64,000 bases of DNA from NCBI GenBank assembly GCA_963514005.1, contig OY740799.1, forward strand, positions 29,202,001 to 29,266,000, written 5' to 3'. Source of the DNA: Raja brachyura. Taxonomy: Eukaryota. Under the pieces are notes generated by a model. That model was not told the origin of the DNA. It saw only the letters and a program-made list of their open reading frames with translations, and ran no database searches. The position numbers and the translations under genes are program-made. Positions 1 to 12,869 of this stretch are shown piece after piece (within the stretch, counting starts at the first letter, position 1; every line of letters begins with the position of its first letter).

Positions 1-689
1 ACCAGGAAGCGATACCAGAACCTCACATATTCCCCACAAACTTTCTCGGATGCAGGAACGGAGAAATTGTGAAGCCATGTTTGTTCATTGTAGTACCAAG
101 TTAGCTAACATGTCTTAATGGGAGAAGAAAGTTCCAAATGCATACAGTTAGTGGACAGAAAATTATAATTTGAAATTCATTTGTGTGGTCATTCAACATA
201 GATCTGAAAACAAAAATTAGATGTTTTGATTTTGTTTTGAATTAGGAAAAAAAAGAAGCTAATTTATTTTTCTGTCCATCTTCACATATCCTTGTACTAG
301 TGTTCAAACGTTAAACAGGGAGGTTAGTGGAATGTTGGTCTTTATGTTAAAAGTTGTTGGAATACTAATGTGTAAGTGTGGTTTACTTGTAAAGAGCATT
401 TGGCGGATCCTTTCAGTTACATTGGATTCACAAATCCTGAAAAGTTCTATATTTTCTTTGGAGCAGGTACAGGGCAGAACAATGGAAGGGAAAAAATGAA
501 GTTTAAAATGTAAGTTCTGAAGTCAGGTTGCATAAACACAAGAGTATGAGAAGGTGATCTTGTTGAGATAATTAAATTGACACTTTATATGAAATAAAGT
601 ATTTCCTCTTGTACACAGCCTTGGAGATCGGCAATCAGATATGAAATCAGGAAAAAAAAAATTAAGATAAAGAGTACATGAAATTGGGA

Positions 690-960
690 AACCTCGGAGT
701 TTTGATCATCCTGATGAGAGGGCCTGTACGTCCGGCCGTCCGTAGCGGCGACTGCGGAGGGTTTATGGTCCCGACCACGGGAGAGGAGGACTGACTGGAC
801 TTTGTTACCTTCCACCACAGTGAGGAATGCTGTGGTGGATGTTTGCATGAATTCTGTTGTGTATTGTGTGTTCTTTTTTTGAAGTGTATTGCTGCTGGCA
901 AATTGATTTCACTGTGCCTTCGTTGGTGCATGTGACAAATAAATGTGACTTTGACTTTGA
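690..960 (+). mobile_element. 3' part of a non-autonomous retroposon with a Rex1/Babar-like tail
   Basis: CpG-rich body ending TTTCACTGTG...CATGTGACAAATAAA plus a (TGACTT)n tail. A similar tail occurs near 3950-3985, 16025-16065 (-) and 27250-27300. Confidence 0.55.
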
Positions 961-1368
961 ACAGTTCTGTCATAGGAGCACACATCTTATGATTCCGACT
1001 TGGACAATTTAAAAATCCCATTTGTTCAAGTAATTATTGAGAAGTTTAACTACTGAATTATTGCGAATTTTGATGTGGATAGGACGCAAATCTTTCTATT
1101 TTAATAAATTAAACCAGTGCAACATTCCTGAAGGCTGCATGGAATTATTTTCAGCACTGGCCAGTGGAATGATGACACTGAAGAAAACGGAATAATCTGT
1201 ATGGAGCTGGTGTGAGGAAAGATAATGAAGATTTTACTGGTGACTCGCAAAATGTTGCTGCAGCAATGCTGAAGCCAAAGAACAATTCCCAGAAGGGTCT
1301 CCAGTTTTCAAGCAAGCAGCTAATGATCTAAATAAAAGAATAAGACATTGTGGCCGATGGGATCACTT

Positions 1369-1980
1369 TTTCTTTAGTTTAGTTTGGAGATACAGCGTGG
1401 AAACAGGCCCTTCGGCCAAACGGGTCCGTGCCCACCAGTGATCCCTGCATATTAACATTATCCTACACACACTAGGGACAATTTTTACATTAACCATGTA
1501 GCGGCACGAAACGTGGTCAGGAAAAGGCCAGATGTCAGGCAGGTTCAAACAGTAGTTGTTATTCAGTTGTTACATGTAAGTTTGGTCCACTAGCATAATT
1601 GTCATTGCTGCTGTAGCTGAGCGAGGGTGTTGTCTCCAGCTCAGTTACCTGTTGACTGGGTGGATCTAAAGGTGAGATAAGCCTATCTAGCAGGACACTG
1701 CCCCTAGCCCATGTCGTCACATGCCAGCCTTCGTAGTAACTGATGAGGGTTCGACCATAAGTGGTCTGAGTATCAGCTGACGCCACAACCAAGCCAATTA
1801 ACCTACATGCCTGTATGTCTTTGGAGTGTGGGAGGAAACCGAAGATCTCGGAGAAAACCCACGCAGGTCAGGGGGCGAGCGTACACACTCGGTACAGACA
1901 GCACCCGTAGTCAGGATTGAACCCTGATCTCTAGCGCTGCATTCGCTGTAAGGCAGTAACTCTACTGCTGCGCCACCGTG
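1369..1980 (-). mobile_element. HE1-type tRNA-derived SINE, split by a solo LTR
   Basis: (TTTAG)n tail, GAAACAGGCCCTTCGGCC, central TGTGGGAGGAAACCGAAGATCTCGGAGAAAACCCAC, and a tRNA-like head (GCTGCGCCACCGTG). Same family as 4928 and 18841. Confidence 0.9.
1497..1787 (-). mobile_element. Solo LTR (Gypsy-like), 291 bp
   Basis: Ends TGTAGCG...CGCCACA form an inverted repeat. Perfect 4-bp TSD ACCA (1493-1496, 1788-1791). The host SINE resumes seamlessly. Strand inferred from an AATAAC-like signal on the - strand. Confidence 0.85.
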
Positions 1981-2258
1981 CAAACCTATTTCCTGATTGA
2001 TTGCAAAACAAGCTGGTTTTTGGAATAGGAATACTTTATTGCCACATGTGAACAGGCACAGTGAGATTCTTTGCTTGCATACACAAAGTATACAAATAGC
2101 AGCCAACTACAGTGCTGGTACCTTTCATGTTTGAATATAGCACCAGCGTGAATAATGAAATCAACTACCTCATTAAAAGATGTAAAGTAATGGTAGACAT
2201 CCAAAACATGTGTCTCTCTGAACTCAAAGTTGGTGGATTTAACATCATGGGACAACTT

Positions 2259-3040
2259 AGTCATACATTACAGAAACAGGCCGTTTGGTCAATATCCCTC
2301 TAAATCTTTTTATCGATGTGCCAAGTGTTTTTTGAAATATTGCTTAAGTACCTGCCTCAACTACCTCCCCTGTCAACTCGTTCCATGTGCTCACCAGTCT
2401 CTGTGTGGAAAAGTTGCCCTTCACGTTCTTATTAAATCCTTCCCTCACACCTTAAACCTATGTCCTCTGGTTCTTGATTTTCCCTACCCTTTCATAGGTA
2501 AAAAAACTCTACATTCACCCTATCTATTCCCCTTGTGATTTTCTATACATATAAGATCACACCTCAGCCTCTTGTGCTCTAAAGGAATGACCTCCAAGCC
2601 TGCCCAACCTCCCTATAGCTCAGGCCCTCAAGTTCTGGCAATGTTCCCATAAATCTTCTCTGCAGTCTTTTCAGCTTAACAACATTCTTCCTATAGCAGG
2701 ATGACCAAAACTGAACTTTACATATGGCCTTGCCAATGTCTTGTACAACTGTAACGTAACATCCTAACTACTATACTCAGTGCCCCGTCTGATGAAGGCT
2801 AATATACTGAAAGCCTTCTTGACCGCCCTAGTGACCTATTACGCCACATTCAGGGAACTATGTACCTGACCTCTTAGATCTCTCTGCTCTGCAACATTTC
2901 TCAGGGCCTTACCATTCACAAGGAAGGTCCTGCCCCGGTTCGCCATATCAAAATGCAACACCTTGCACTTATCAGCCTTAAACGCAATTAACCATTCATC
3001 GGCCCACTTGCCCAGCTGATTAAAATCCTGCTATGATTTC
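2259..3040 (-). mobile_element. CR1/HER1 LINE, degenerate 3' portion
   Basis: Similar to the CR1 copy at 37560-38025 (CCTGCCTCAACTACCTC...TTAAACCTATGTCCTCTGGTTCTTGATT). Confidence 0.8.
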
Positions 3041-3294
3041 TGATCAATGACGTCACCGGTAAACTTCACTTTGTATCTTGCAGTCAATGCACAAAATGAC
3101 TTATTTTGATTCAACTCTGCTCATAGAGTCCAAGGTTGCTCTTATTGACTGAAACATTTAAATAACTGCAGTTTAAAAAATATATATATAAAGTCACCTT
3201 GAACAGAATGAAAAAATAAATCACATAATTCACTACTAATTTTGAGATTGTTGTCGCTTCATGAAGTTGGTGATGGTGAATGGGGACAAGGTAC

Positions 3295-3985
3295 TCACTG
3301 TCTTCTGGGCCAGCACATTGATGCAACCACACTGAAGGGTCATCAATGCCTCCTATTAGATTGAGAAGATGGGCATATTGATCAATATTGAAGCAAATTT
3401 CCGCAGGTGTACTGCAGAGAGCATACTATCTTAATACGGTACTGTATTATAGAGAGCATAATATCATAAAGCGTCATTCATTCATTCATACTGACTGGTT
3501 GCATCACGGCCTGGTTCAGCAACATGAATGTCTAAGAACAAAGGAGATTACAAAGGGTGGTAGACACTGTCTGCTCCATCACAACCGTGAAAGGGATCTA
3601 TGGGAGGTGTTGCCTCAAAAAGGCAGCCAATAGCATTAATGACCCACACCACCCTGGCCATGCTCTCATTTTACTACTACTACCCTCAGCAGATAGGTAC
3701 AGGAGCATTAAAACCATGTCCACTAGGATCAACAACTGCTTCTTTCCAGCAACCATCAGGCTCTTGAACACTGCATAACATTGACCTCAGCAACTATGAT
3801 CTTTTATTGGCTGTGACTTTGTCGCACTTCACACTTAGGTTTTAGGCCTTTTATTGTTACCTAGTATTACAATTATTACTTTATTATATTTTTTATTATT
3901 ATTTGGGTGTTATTGCATTTATAGGCCTATTAAGCTGTAGCAAGTATGAATTTCATTGTTCTGTTGTCAGTACATATGACAAGCA
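3295..3985 (+). mobile_element. Rex1/Babar-type LINE 3' end, degenerate
   Basis: ORF 3557-3778 reads CLKKAANSINDPHHPGHAL...PSADRYRSIKT...NCFFPATIRLLN, the typical RT C-terminus, followed by an AT-rich 3' UTR. Confidence 0.8.
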
Positions 3986-4927
3986 CTCTTTACTTCATTT
4001 TCTAATAATGATGTTTACGCTTTGAATTGGTCTAGATTCAGATAGCGTCTTTCTAGTTTAGTGTTCAAGCCCATCTGGAGCACAGATTTGTGGAAAGCTG
4101 TTTTAATCTCCATCTTTGGAATAATTCCAGATGTGAAAACAGATCTGAAATGTTAGGTCTCCATGGAAAAGGAAATTAAGTTACTTTTAATTTCTAAATT
4201 TAAAACTGGAAGAATTGAGAGTACATTACACTAAAAGTACTCTCTTGAAATTTTTGCACTCCTTAAGTGTGAATACGTATTGATGCAATGTGATAAATTG
4301 AGTTTTCATCTTATCCTCTGCAGATTGAAAGCCATTAAGGAAAGTTTAAACCTAGCGGTGAAATGTCCTGAACATCTACAGCATTTGAAAGGAATAAATA
4401 AATTATATAGTGCACTCAAAAATTATTTGCAAATACTAGCTTTTGACTTCATTAAGTATTGAAGATCATTGGATTTCAAAGTTTGTAGGTAACTTCTCAA
4501 AACGAACCTGGTTGGTTATTATAGCATGACTTCCATTGGTGTGAATTATTAAATTTGTAACAGTTTCAGAGTGGAATAAAAAAAATCAGTTTCAGTTTAG
4601 TTTATTGTCACATTAACGAGGTACAGTGAAAAGCTATTGAACACTCAGCCACTATACTTTGCAATTATTTTTCTTGATTTCAAGACTCAATTAAATTTGT
4701 GTGTGGGAGTGGAGGAGATAAGAACTGTGTATTTAATTTTGCATTGTGTTTCAATTTCCACCGGTCTTTATCATCTCATGAGTAAAATCTTCATCCTTCA
4801 TTTTCTTCAACTTTCTCCATCCTTTTAGCTGTTCCTGTGAGTGAATAACTTATGGTTTCAAACATAAGTTAACTCACAATGCTCATTCAATATCCAGGTT
4901 ATTGACAAGACATTCGATTCAAACCTG

Positions 4928-5218
4928 TAGTTTAGTTTAGTTTTACAGCGCAGAAACAGGCCCTTCGGCCCACCGAGTCCATGCCGACCAGTGATTCCAG
5001 CACATTAACATTTCTACACACACTAGGAACAATTAACCTACAAACCTGTATGCCTTTAGGTTGTGGGAGGAAACCGAAGATCTCATGAAAAATCCCACGT
5101 GATCACGGGGAGAACGTATGAACTCCATACAGGCAGCACCTGTAGTCGGGCTCGAACCTGGGTCTGGCACTGGAAGCGCTGTAAGGCAGCAATTCTACTG
5201 CTGCCCCACCTTGCCGCC
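4928..5218 (-). mobile_element. HE1-type SINE, near full length
   Basis: (TTTAG)n tail, conserved core and tRNA-like head. Confidence 0.9.
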
Positions 5219-6097
5219 TAGTATCTAACCAGTTTCCACTCCACCTACCATGCTGTATTAATTACTAGTGACATCCAGTGCAACTGTGACCATGGCTCCC
5301 TTTCTCTAACTATGCTGAGCCTCTTTTGCTTTCATATGAGCTCCTCCATCCTCAAATCTATTCAGTTCAGTCCCACAGAGCATCAGAGTATTTGAATTTG
5401 TTTTTCCATTTGAATTTTATTAAAAAATTTAGGCCAATTTAGATCTTTGTATAACTATGTACTGTGCTATTTTGTTGCAATGGCATTTGAAGTTCAACCC
5501 TCAGGTTATTTCTTCAAGCCCTCTGCAGTAATGAGGAATCAGGCATCATATCTTGTTTATGCAACTGCCTGATTCCCAAATGAGTGGCAATGTGCATTGG
5601 TTAATTAGCATCTGGTTTATAATTGGCGCTTCTGGTATATTTTCATTTATTGCTTTTTCATATTTTCAGACCACAATTTCCCTTGTTTGCTTTCATTGAG
5701 TATGGGTGTTAACAATCAATGAGGTATGAGCCCTAATGCCTCTTGGAGAATGATATTTGTAGCTATAATTTAGCTTTCCCTCAATTACAAAGGTAATTCT
5801 AGTGGGAAAAAGATCACCAAATATAAATTATAATTCAAAATGACCCAACATATTGGTATAAATAGCACAAAATATTGATATTACAAATATCGTGATAGAG
5901 TCGCAAGATATTGAAGTGGGGCCATGTCATTACTGGAGGTTATTCTCGGTACTGAGGTGGAATGAGGGGTTGCGGTTATGGTTGCCGTTATTGCGAAATT
6001 GCCCATATCAAAGCCCAAATAATCAAGATGAATGTGGCAAACTTCCAATAACCCTTGCAACCCCCCTCTCTCTCCATCCCACCCCACCCTAGTCATA

Positions 6098-6230
6098 GGG
6101 TTATAAGGAATAGGAGTAGAATTAGGTCATTCGGCCCATCAAGTCTACTCCGCAATTCAATCATGGCTGATCTATCTCTCCCTCCTAACCCCATTCTACT
6201 GTCTTCTCCCCATAACCTCTGACACCTAAT
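6098..6230 (-). mobile_element. CR1/HER1 3' terminus
   Basis: GGAGTAGAATTAGGTCATTCGGCCCATCAAGTCTACTCCG...ATCATGGCTGATC. Confidence 0.8.
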
Positions 6231-6234
6231 AATC

Positions 6235-6550
6235 TCACTAATTTTACTGTCATCCTGTTGACTTCCGTTGTCTGTCTACTCGTTGTCACCTATCCCATGG
6301 CCTACATTGGCCTATTGTGTGCCCCACCTTTCCGTGATTATCGTTGCTTTTTGCATATCTTCCATTCATTTCTCCTAAGTATGGTCTATATCTCTCGTTT
6401 CCCTTTTTCCTGACTCTCGGTCTGCAGAAGGGCTTCAACCTGAAACGTCACATAATCCTTTTCACCAGGGATGCTGCCTGACCATTGTGTTACTCCAGTT
6501 TTTGCGTCTGTCTTCGGTTTATACCAGCTCCTGCAGTTCTTCATTACACA
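6235..6550 (+). mobile_element. Penelope-derived terminal fragment
   Basis: Matches the tail of the Penelope copy at 39100-39360 (CTATATCTCTCGTTTCCC...GAAACGTCAC...TTACTCCAG). Confidence 0.75.
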
Positions 6551-6827
6551 GAGCAAATGTATAATTGAGCTGAGTGTTAATCTGTAATCACTAACAAAGT
6601 TCCTAGTTAATGTACTTGTAGTGTAGGTCATTTAAATTTAGTTTTCACAGAATATGGCCAACTTCTTAGCAGCAAGATCCAAATAATGTTAATGAATGGG
6701 CTACCCATTGCAGAATGGTTGATAAAGTGTCAAAGTAACACAATCTCTTCAGCAAAAGCAAACGTTATTAATATCACTTGAAAATATGAAGTAGTTGATA
6801 TTGAAAAACAACTTTTATGTTGTGTGA

Positions 6828-7141
6828 TAGACACAAAATGCTGGAGTAACTCAGCGGGACGAGCAGCATTTCTGTTCAGCTTTGTTGTCATCTATTCCAA
6901 CTAACAATTATCTATTCTACGTTTTCCTTGACCATCATCTCTTTTGATGTCTCATTTTCACACACTTCACCCTTCCTTATCTCTGTGTCTCCTTCTCCCT
7001 GACTCTCAGTTTGAAGAAGTGTCTCAACCCGAAATGTTACCCATTCCTTCTATCCAGAGATACTGTCAGTCCCGCTGAGTTACTCCAGCATTTTGTGTTT
7101 ATCTTCGGTGTAAACCAGCATCTGCAATTCCTTCCTACACG
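6828..7141. mobile_element. Penelope-derived fragment with inverted ends
   Basis: ACACAAAATGCTGGAGTAACTCAGCGGGAC at the left is the reverse complement of GTCCCGCTGAGTTACTCCAGCATTTTGTGT at the right. Confidence 0.75.
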
Positions 7142-8947
7142 TTTACATTGTGTGTCTTAAACAAGATAATATGATTATTGTATGCACTGAATCCATTGTG
7201 TTAAGAATGCGGCCTATTATTGTCCAGGCTCTCAAGGAAATTATTTTTCTCCCTCAAATTCTAGAGGAAATTAACCTTCAACTCAAACCATTCAAAAAAA
7301 CACAATGCTTATTAGCAATAATTGGTGAAGGTGGTTTAAATGTGCCAACACATCATTTAGAACGTTGTATATATCCCAAGTAAGATACACTTTTAGGAGA
7401 TGGAGAGACATTTAGCTGTGTAGTGATACATGGGGGGTCTGGGCACATCTGCTAGTTGCATGGCACAGTTGAAGTTGGACGTTGGAACATTTTGCCACCT
7501 TGCCTGTCTTCCTTGAATTCTTGGAAATATTGACAAAAGGACATTATCCTTCCCACTCAACCAAAATAATGTTTGTTAAGATGAGAGAGCTCTTGTTATG
7601 CTAAACCAAACTATATCGTCTATGACATAACATAGAGTAATGCTAAGTGGGGGTCTAGAATTTCTCTCGAGAGGAAAATCTGGGGGGTGGCAGAGAAAGG
7701 CAAATACTCAAGTTGGTCTGCACCACTTTGTTTGAACAAATTACCGCTTCATATTTAAACTGGGAGGAATGGTAAACGCCCAGGTATGGTCTACAGCTAG
7801 AACACATGAGCAGATGCTTGTCATGAGAATCCCAACAGACTCCAACCCAGCTGTTTAATACAATGCAGACAATTGCTCTGTGAAAACAGTAAAACAGCGT
7901 GCTTTCTTCAAAAAGCTTTGCTTTTCTGGGATTTAAGAATTTGGTTCATAGTTGTCCAATTACAGCTGCAACACAACAGGACTACATGTTCTTCAGTTAT
8001 TTCTTTCATGTTTTATTGTTCTTCACCTACCATGTGTAAGAACCTTGTTTGATGTAATACAGCAGTACTAGTCTTGTGAAAATACAGCAGTTTTAAGATT
8101 ATTTGAATCCAAGAGAAACATTTGACTAAAATAATGTATCATATTTCAGCTGTGACCCTTATTAGTTAACAATGGTATAATAATGAACTTTATAAAGGTG
8201 AAATGCATTTGAAAGAATTAGTGATATCAAAGAAGCAGAACTAAAGTTCAAATTGCTGGTTATATTTGAACCTAGAGACTTGACATACTGTATGCTAACG
8301 TGTTTTATTATTGTTATAATGTTTTTATTTTTTTCTGAGATTTCTTGGTAATCTAAAACAGGAAAATGCTGGAAGTAATAAGAGGTTGGGCAGCACCCGC
8401 GGTGGAAGAAACAGACATTGTTTCAGATTTATGATCTTTCACGAACTCCTTGAAAAAATATTCATCTGAAATGTTAATACTAATTTCATCTCTCCACAGA
8501 TGTTAGTTACCTGACCTGATGAGTATTTCTGGAATTGTTATTTTATTTTAGATTCCCAGAATCTGTGGTACGTTTCTTTTGAATTACTGATTGGCTGCAA
8601 CCACATAGCATTTTATTTATTAGTTAGTAGCACTTTTGACCCTGAGTCAAATAGATGTGTTTGCAGATCGCTCTCTGAAAATGGACACACACAACAAAAC
8701 TAATTTTACAGCCCAGTGCAATGTGGGGGCAGTGATGCAGCAAAGATAAGCCCCATCTGCACTTTAAAGTGTATGCAAAAGATCTTAAGGCAGAATGTTG
8801 GTGTCGGCAAGTAATGAAGATGAAGTTGTGAGGTAATCTCATCTTTATTATTGAATTGTCAAATTATTTTGTAATTCACTTGAATTCGCAAAGCTGGTTT
8901 GCATATGGTGTAATTTATCAGGGTATTTGATGAAATAGTTATGAAAA

Positions 8948-9135
8948 CCATATAACCATATAACAATAACAGCACGGAAACAGGCCTTCTCGGCCCTTCC
9001 AGTCCGTGCCGACCATTTATTTTCCCCAAAACCTGTGAATCCTGTGTGGAAATTATAAAGTTTAATGGTGATATACTCCAGCATTTTGTGTCTACCTTCG
9101 ATTTAAACCAGCATCTGCAGTTCTTTCCTACACAT
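8948..9135. mobile_element. CR1/HE1 tail (-, 8948-9020) and short Penelope end fragment (9075-9135)
   Basis: (CCATATAA)2 then GAAACAGGCCTTCTCGGCCC; later ACTCCAGCATTTTGTGTCTACCTTCGATTTAAACCAGCATCTGCAG. Confidence 0.7.
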
Positions 9136-9944
9136 TAATGGTGATATATTTAGGTACAGTATAACTGTAAATATAATCCTGCCATTTCATAGTCCCTCAG
9201 TCCTTCAGTCAAGAACATGTTAATTTTATAAGTAAAACTTCCCACTTGCCTTCCATTATTCAAAAGTTTCTACCCTCTGCAGAGGCCTTTACTTACAGTC
9301 AAGTTGCAATATTGTGGGATAATTCCTCTGCTGGTAATTTCTTCATATCACATCTTGAGCTTGCATTAACTCTTGAGCTTGCATTAATCAAATTAAAGAG
9401 ACTCCCAACTCAGCATTTTTGAAAAGTAAGTTCACTTTTTTCAAGAATGTGATGGATACAGAATGTAATAGATGTCAGCAGTGTATGTGGTTCCACGCAT
9501 TATTCCACGTTGGATCATTATATTTGCCACATTATGAAAACATTGAAAATGGTCTGGCCTTGGCAGCTTGAATAGTTTTTAATCAATTTACTCAAAAATC
9601 CCAGTGGTGGCTCATTTATATTAAAATACATATCCATCATTCCCAACATTGTCTCAACTATATGCAACATGCTATTTTTTTAAAGAACGTTTACCAGGAA
9701 CAATATAGAATGATTGTAACTATCAGCAGTTACCTTCTGCCAAATTTGGCAGCAAAATATTTTTAAAACCTAATATCATTTGTTTTGCTCCAGTATTACC
9801 AATAAGTCATTGGTAAAGTCTGAGATTTAGCTTCAAAATTATATCAGCGGTGTTATGATTTAAGAGAAGAAATGTGGATTATTTCTGAGTACAACTTGTG
9901 GAATAGGTTTTGAGGGTGATGGCCAAATGATCAATTACTGTACC

Positions 9945-10035
9945 AAATGATCAGCCGTGATCATATTGAATGGTGGTGCTGGCTCGAAGGGCCGAATGGT
10001 CTACTCCTGCACCTATTTTCTATGTTTCTCTGTTT
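9945..10035 (+). mobile_element. CR1/HER1 3' terminus
   Basis: Nearly identical to 63808-63900 (GGCTCGAAGGGCCGAATGG...CTCCTGCACCTATTTTCTATGTTTC). Confidence 0.85.
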
Positions 10036-10604
10036 CCAAATATGTGGGATTCATTTTGGGTTGGGTTCTTTTAACGTGTAGAGAACTTGAATCACCTATC
10101 AGTATTCTCTCTGTTCCGGTGACATACTCTAACTGCTACCGCTTTATGGGTTTAAAAATAGGTTTTTGCTGCAAGTTTCAATAATTTGCTTTGTCCCAGT
10201 TTAAAACCTGTAAAACTGACACATATAGGTGAGTTTCTCCAATTTTGTGACAAAGATTAATAAATATCTTTTTATTAAATAATTACCTTTGAATATTGGG
10301 ATTTTGTAAACAATGGGCTGCTTTATGATTGTGCTATAATTTGTGAACAAATTATTTGAGCCAATTTTACCTGCTCGTTTCATTTGGAGTCAATCTTTGA
10401 TTTATTGATGTATTATTTATGTTTCTTACTTAATTGTGAAGCTTCCAAATACCTTCCTCAAAACAGATGGTGCTCCACTTGATTATGATTTGGCATATTG
10501 TTTTATTACTTCTGTAACTGGAAAAATATCCCCGAATTTTCCTGTGATCATTGCTTTCCTCTTAACTAAATTGCATCACAACCATATACTTACGGCAGGC
10601 ATTT

Positions 10605-10822
10605 ACAGCAGGTTGAATTCATTGCCACGGACGGCTGTGGAGGCCAAGTTAATTGACATTTTTAAAGCAAAGATTGACAGACTCTTGATTAGTAAGGGTG
10701 TCAGCAATATGAGGTGCAGACAGGAGAATGGGGTTGAGTGGGAAAGATAGATCAGCCATGATTGAATGGCAGAGTAAACTTGATGGGCTGAGTAGCCTAA
10801 TTCTGCTCCTAGAACTTATGAA
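10605..10822 (+). mobile_element. CR1 LINE 3' end
   Basis: Encodes NSLPRTAVEAK..IFKAKIDRLL, followed by the CR1 3' UTR. Confidence 0.8.
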
Positions 10823-11019
10823 CTTCTGCAAAACATCCAAATTCACTGGCAGGAAAAGTAAATCAACGTTAGTGTCATTTCCTAGGCCCATGAGGAGCCG
10901 TATCCGGCTACTTTTGCTGGATACATTTGTTTTGCCTGAAACGGGTGATCTGATTGGAGTTCTCATATGAAGGTGATTATTAGGTTATCAGAAGAAGTGC
11001 AACATTCTCACAGACTCCT

Positions 11020-11281
11020 GGGAACCTTTGGCCATGACTGTTCAAGTGGAGAGGGACAATTTAATATGATACTGAGAACCACAAGACTGTGCACTCGGAC
11101 CCCACAGAGGCTCTAAATACCTAGTAGAAATACAACATCATATTACAAATAACCCCAAATGCCGTGAACAGTGTGGAAGGGTCTCTGGATCCCACAACGG
11201 CCTCATCAGCCACCTCAGAACCCATACAAGTGGAGTGGAATCAAGTCATCCTTAATCATGAGGGACTGCTTAAGAAGAAAA
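11020..11281 (+). mobile_element. RTE-clade LINE 3' end, degenerate
   Basis: 11169-11225 encodes QCGRVSGSHNGLISHLRTH, an RTE C-terminal Zn-finger-like motif. A short UTR ends in AAGAAGAAA. Confidence 0.7.
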
Positions 11282-12479
11282 AAATAACTTTTAGAGTACT
11301 CCAGGTCTTTTTTAAAAAAAGGCAACACAATCCAATGTTTACATAATTGAGTTCTTTCAGCTGCAGGCAAAAATAGATTAATGAAACTTCAATTTTTAAG
11401 AAAACATTCCCACACATGAATATAATGGAATTTGACTGGACTGATAACACCAGGCAGAATGTTTCTATTCTCAGAAAACAGTGCATTAGCACCTCATCTT
11501 GAGTGAAGCCATAGGACATTTCCTGGTGTTTTAATAATTTATCGTGAGGTTAATTGATATACTAAAGATATGATTTACATTCCACAATTTCTTTAACTGA
11601 TCGTTCTTTTGGGCGGCAGAATTATTAGTGGTTAATGTGATGCATCAGATCATGATAATCATGTGCATCATGTCAATGAGACAGACAAAGTGGCACTTTG
11701 GGTTGTGTTTAGAAACCTGAAGTAGCTGATTTGGAGGCTGGCGTGTTTATTCACGTGTAATCAATTCTTGTGAGGATAATTATTTTTAGTGAGCTGAATT
11801 AATTTCTGGTGCTCACGTTATTTATACTTATATGCCCCTGAATGCAGTCACGTTAATATGCAAATCAAGCACCAGCTTTGGTTATAGCAAGTACATTTAT
11901 CACAATTGCCAGTTACAATGCCTGCTTAATATTTACTGACTGATGTGGGCAATGTAGAAGTAAGGACATTTTAATTCCTTAAAGCCAATAACTGCTTATT
12001 GTAGCATTCTCACTGTGTACTGATTTCTGGAAACAAAGTCTGATTATGGTGGTTTAGAATAAACGAGGAAATTACATTTCTTCAAACAATCCTAAGTACT
12101 TTAGAAAAACTTAACTTAAGGCTCATATTAGTTTAGTTGCAGTGACCAAGCAGTTGAAACTGTTTATAGTAATTGAAACTTGGATGCATTTTTGGTGAAT
12201 ATTTGTGGAGCTTGCATTATTATGTCTTCTCTGGCTCCATGCCATTTCCTGGCCAACCCACTTTGCTGGGTTTTGGGATATTCATTTATTTTAACTATAT
12301 TTGTTTTTGGGGAAAAAACAATGGTGGTGGGGTTCCTTAAAATTATTTCACAATATGTGAATGATTTACTCCATACTAGCATGTGCAGCCGATCCCAGAC
12401 TGCTCAGTGCAAAATGGTGTCAAGCTGCCTCCTTGAACATCAGCGGTGGGCGCAGTGCAGACAACCCAGCACATAACCT

Positions 12480-12800
12480 GTCATTTTGTAATGTCAGAAT
12501 TATGACCCAGCTTTGAAGAAATAAAAATGATACATTTCCAAGTCAAGATGATACTTGACTTGTGGCGGATGGTGTCTCCATGAATATTTTGCTCTTCCCC
12601 TTCAAGTCAGTAGTCTTGATGAATGACCTTTGGCTTGAATGTCTGAAAGGCTTTGTTTGGTCACCGTGAGTTGTCCTTGCAAGAGTGGCAGTGTGCTGCC
12701 TTCTTGAACTACTTCAGTTCGTGTTGTGAAAGTATTTGCACATCTGTGCGAGGCAGGGAGTTCAAGGTTTTCGACCAGCAACAAAGAAAGAATGGTCTGG
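12480..12800 (-). mobile_element. Old CR1/L2-group LINE fragments
   Basis: TGCTGCCTTCTTGAAC...GGGAGTTC..GGTTTT.GACCAGC and TTTCCAAGTCA motifs are shared with 47395-47600 and 57400-57600. Confidence 0.55.
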
Positions 12801-12869
12801 ACTCCATTTTCAATGAACACTATATAAGTGACAGAGGGAGTGTAACAGAGGCGAGCATAACAATCTAGT

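Noticed and set aside
1740-1765. CTGATGA plus a GGT-TCG-ACC stem inside the solo LTR (retrozyme-like idea)
   Set aside because: The stem is followed by ATAA rather than GAAA, and I found no helix I or III pairing.
3300-3332. - strand 33-nt exon-like segment with a GTGAGT donor
   Set aside because: The + strand matches Rex/Babar RT sequence (WAQHIDA-like), so it is part of the LINE.
4324-4357. Exon candidate LKAIKESLNLA after a good acceptor
   Set aside because: Weak donor (GTGAAA), length not a multiple of 3 and no recognisable product.
9353-9388. 18-bp tandem duplication (TCTTGAGCTTGCATTAA); similar short duplications near 15290 and 62579
   Set aside because: Ordinary slippage-type duplications with no further structure.
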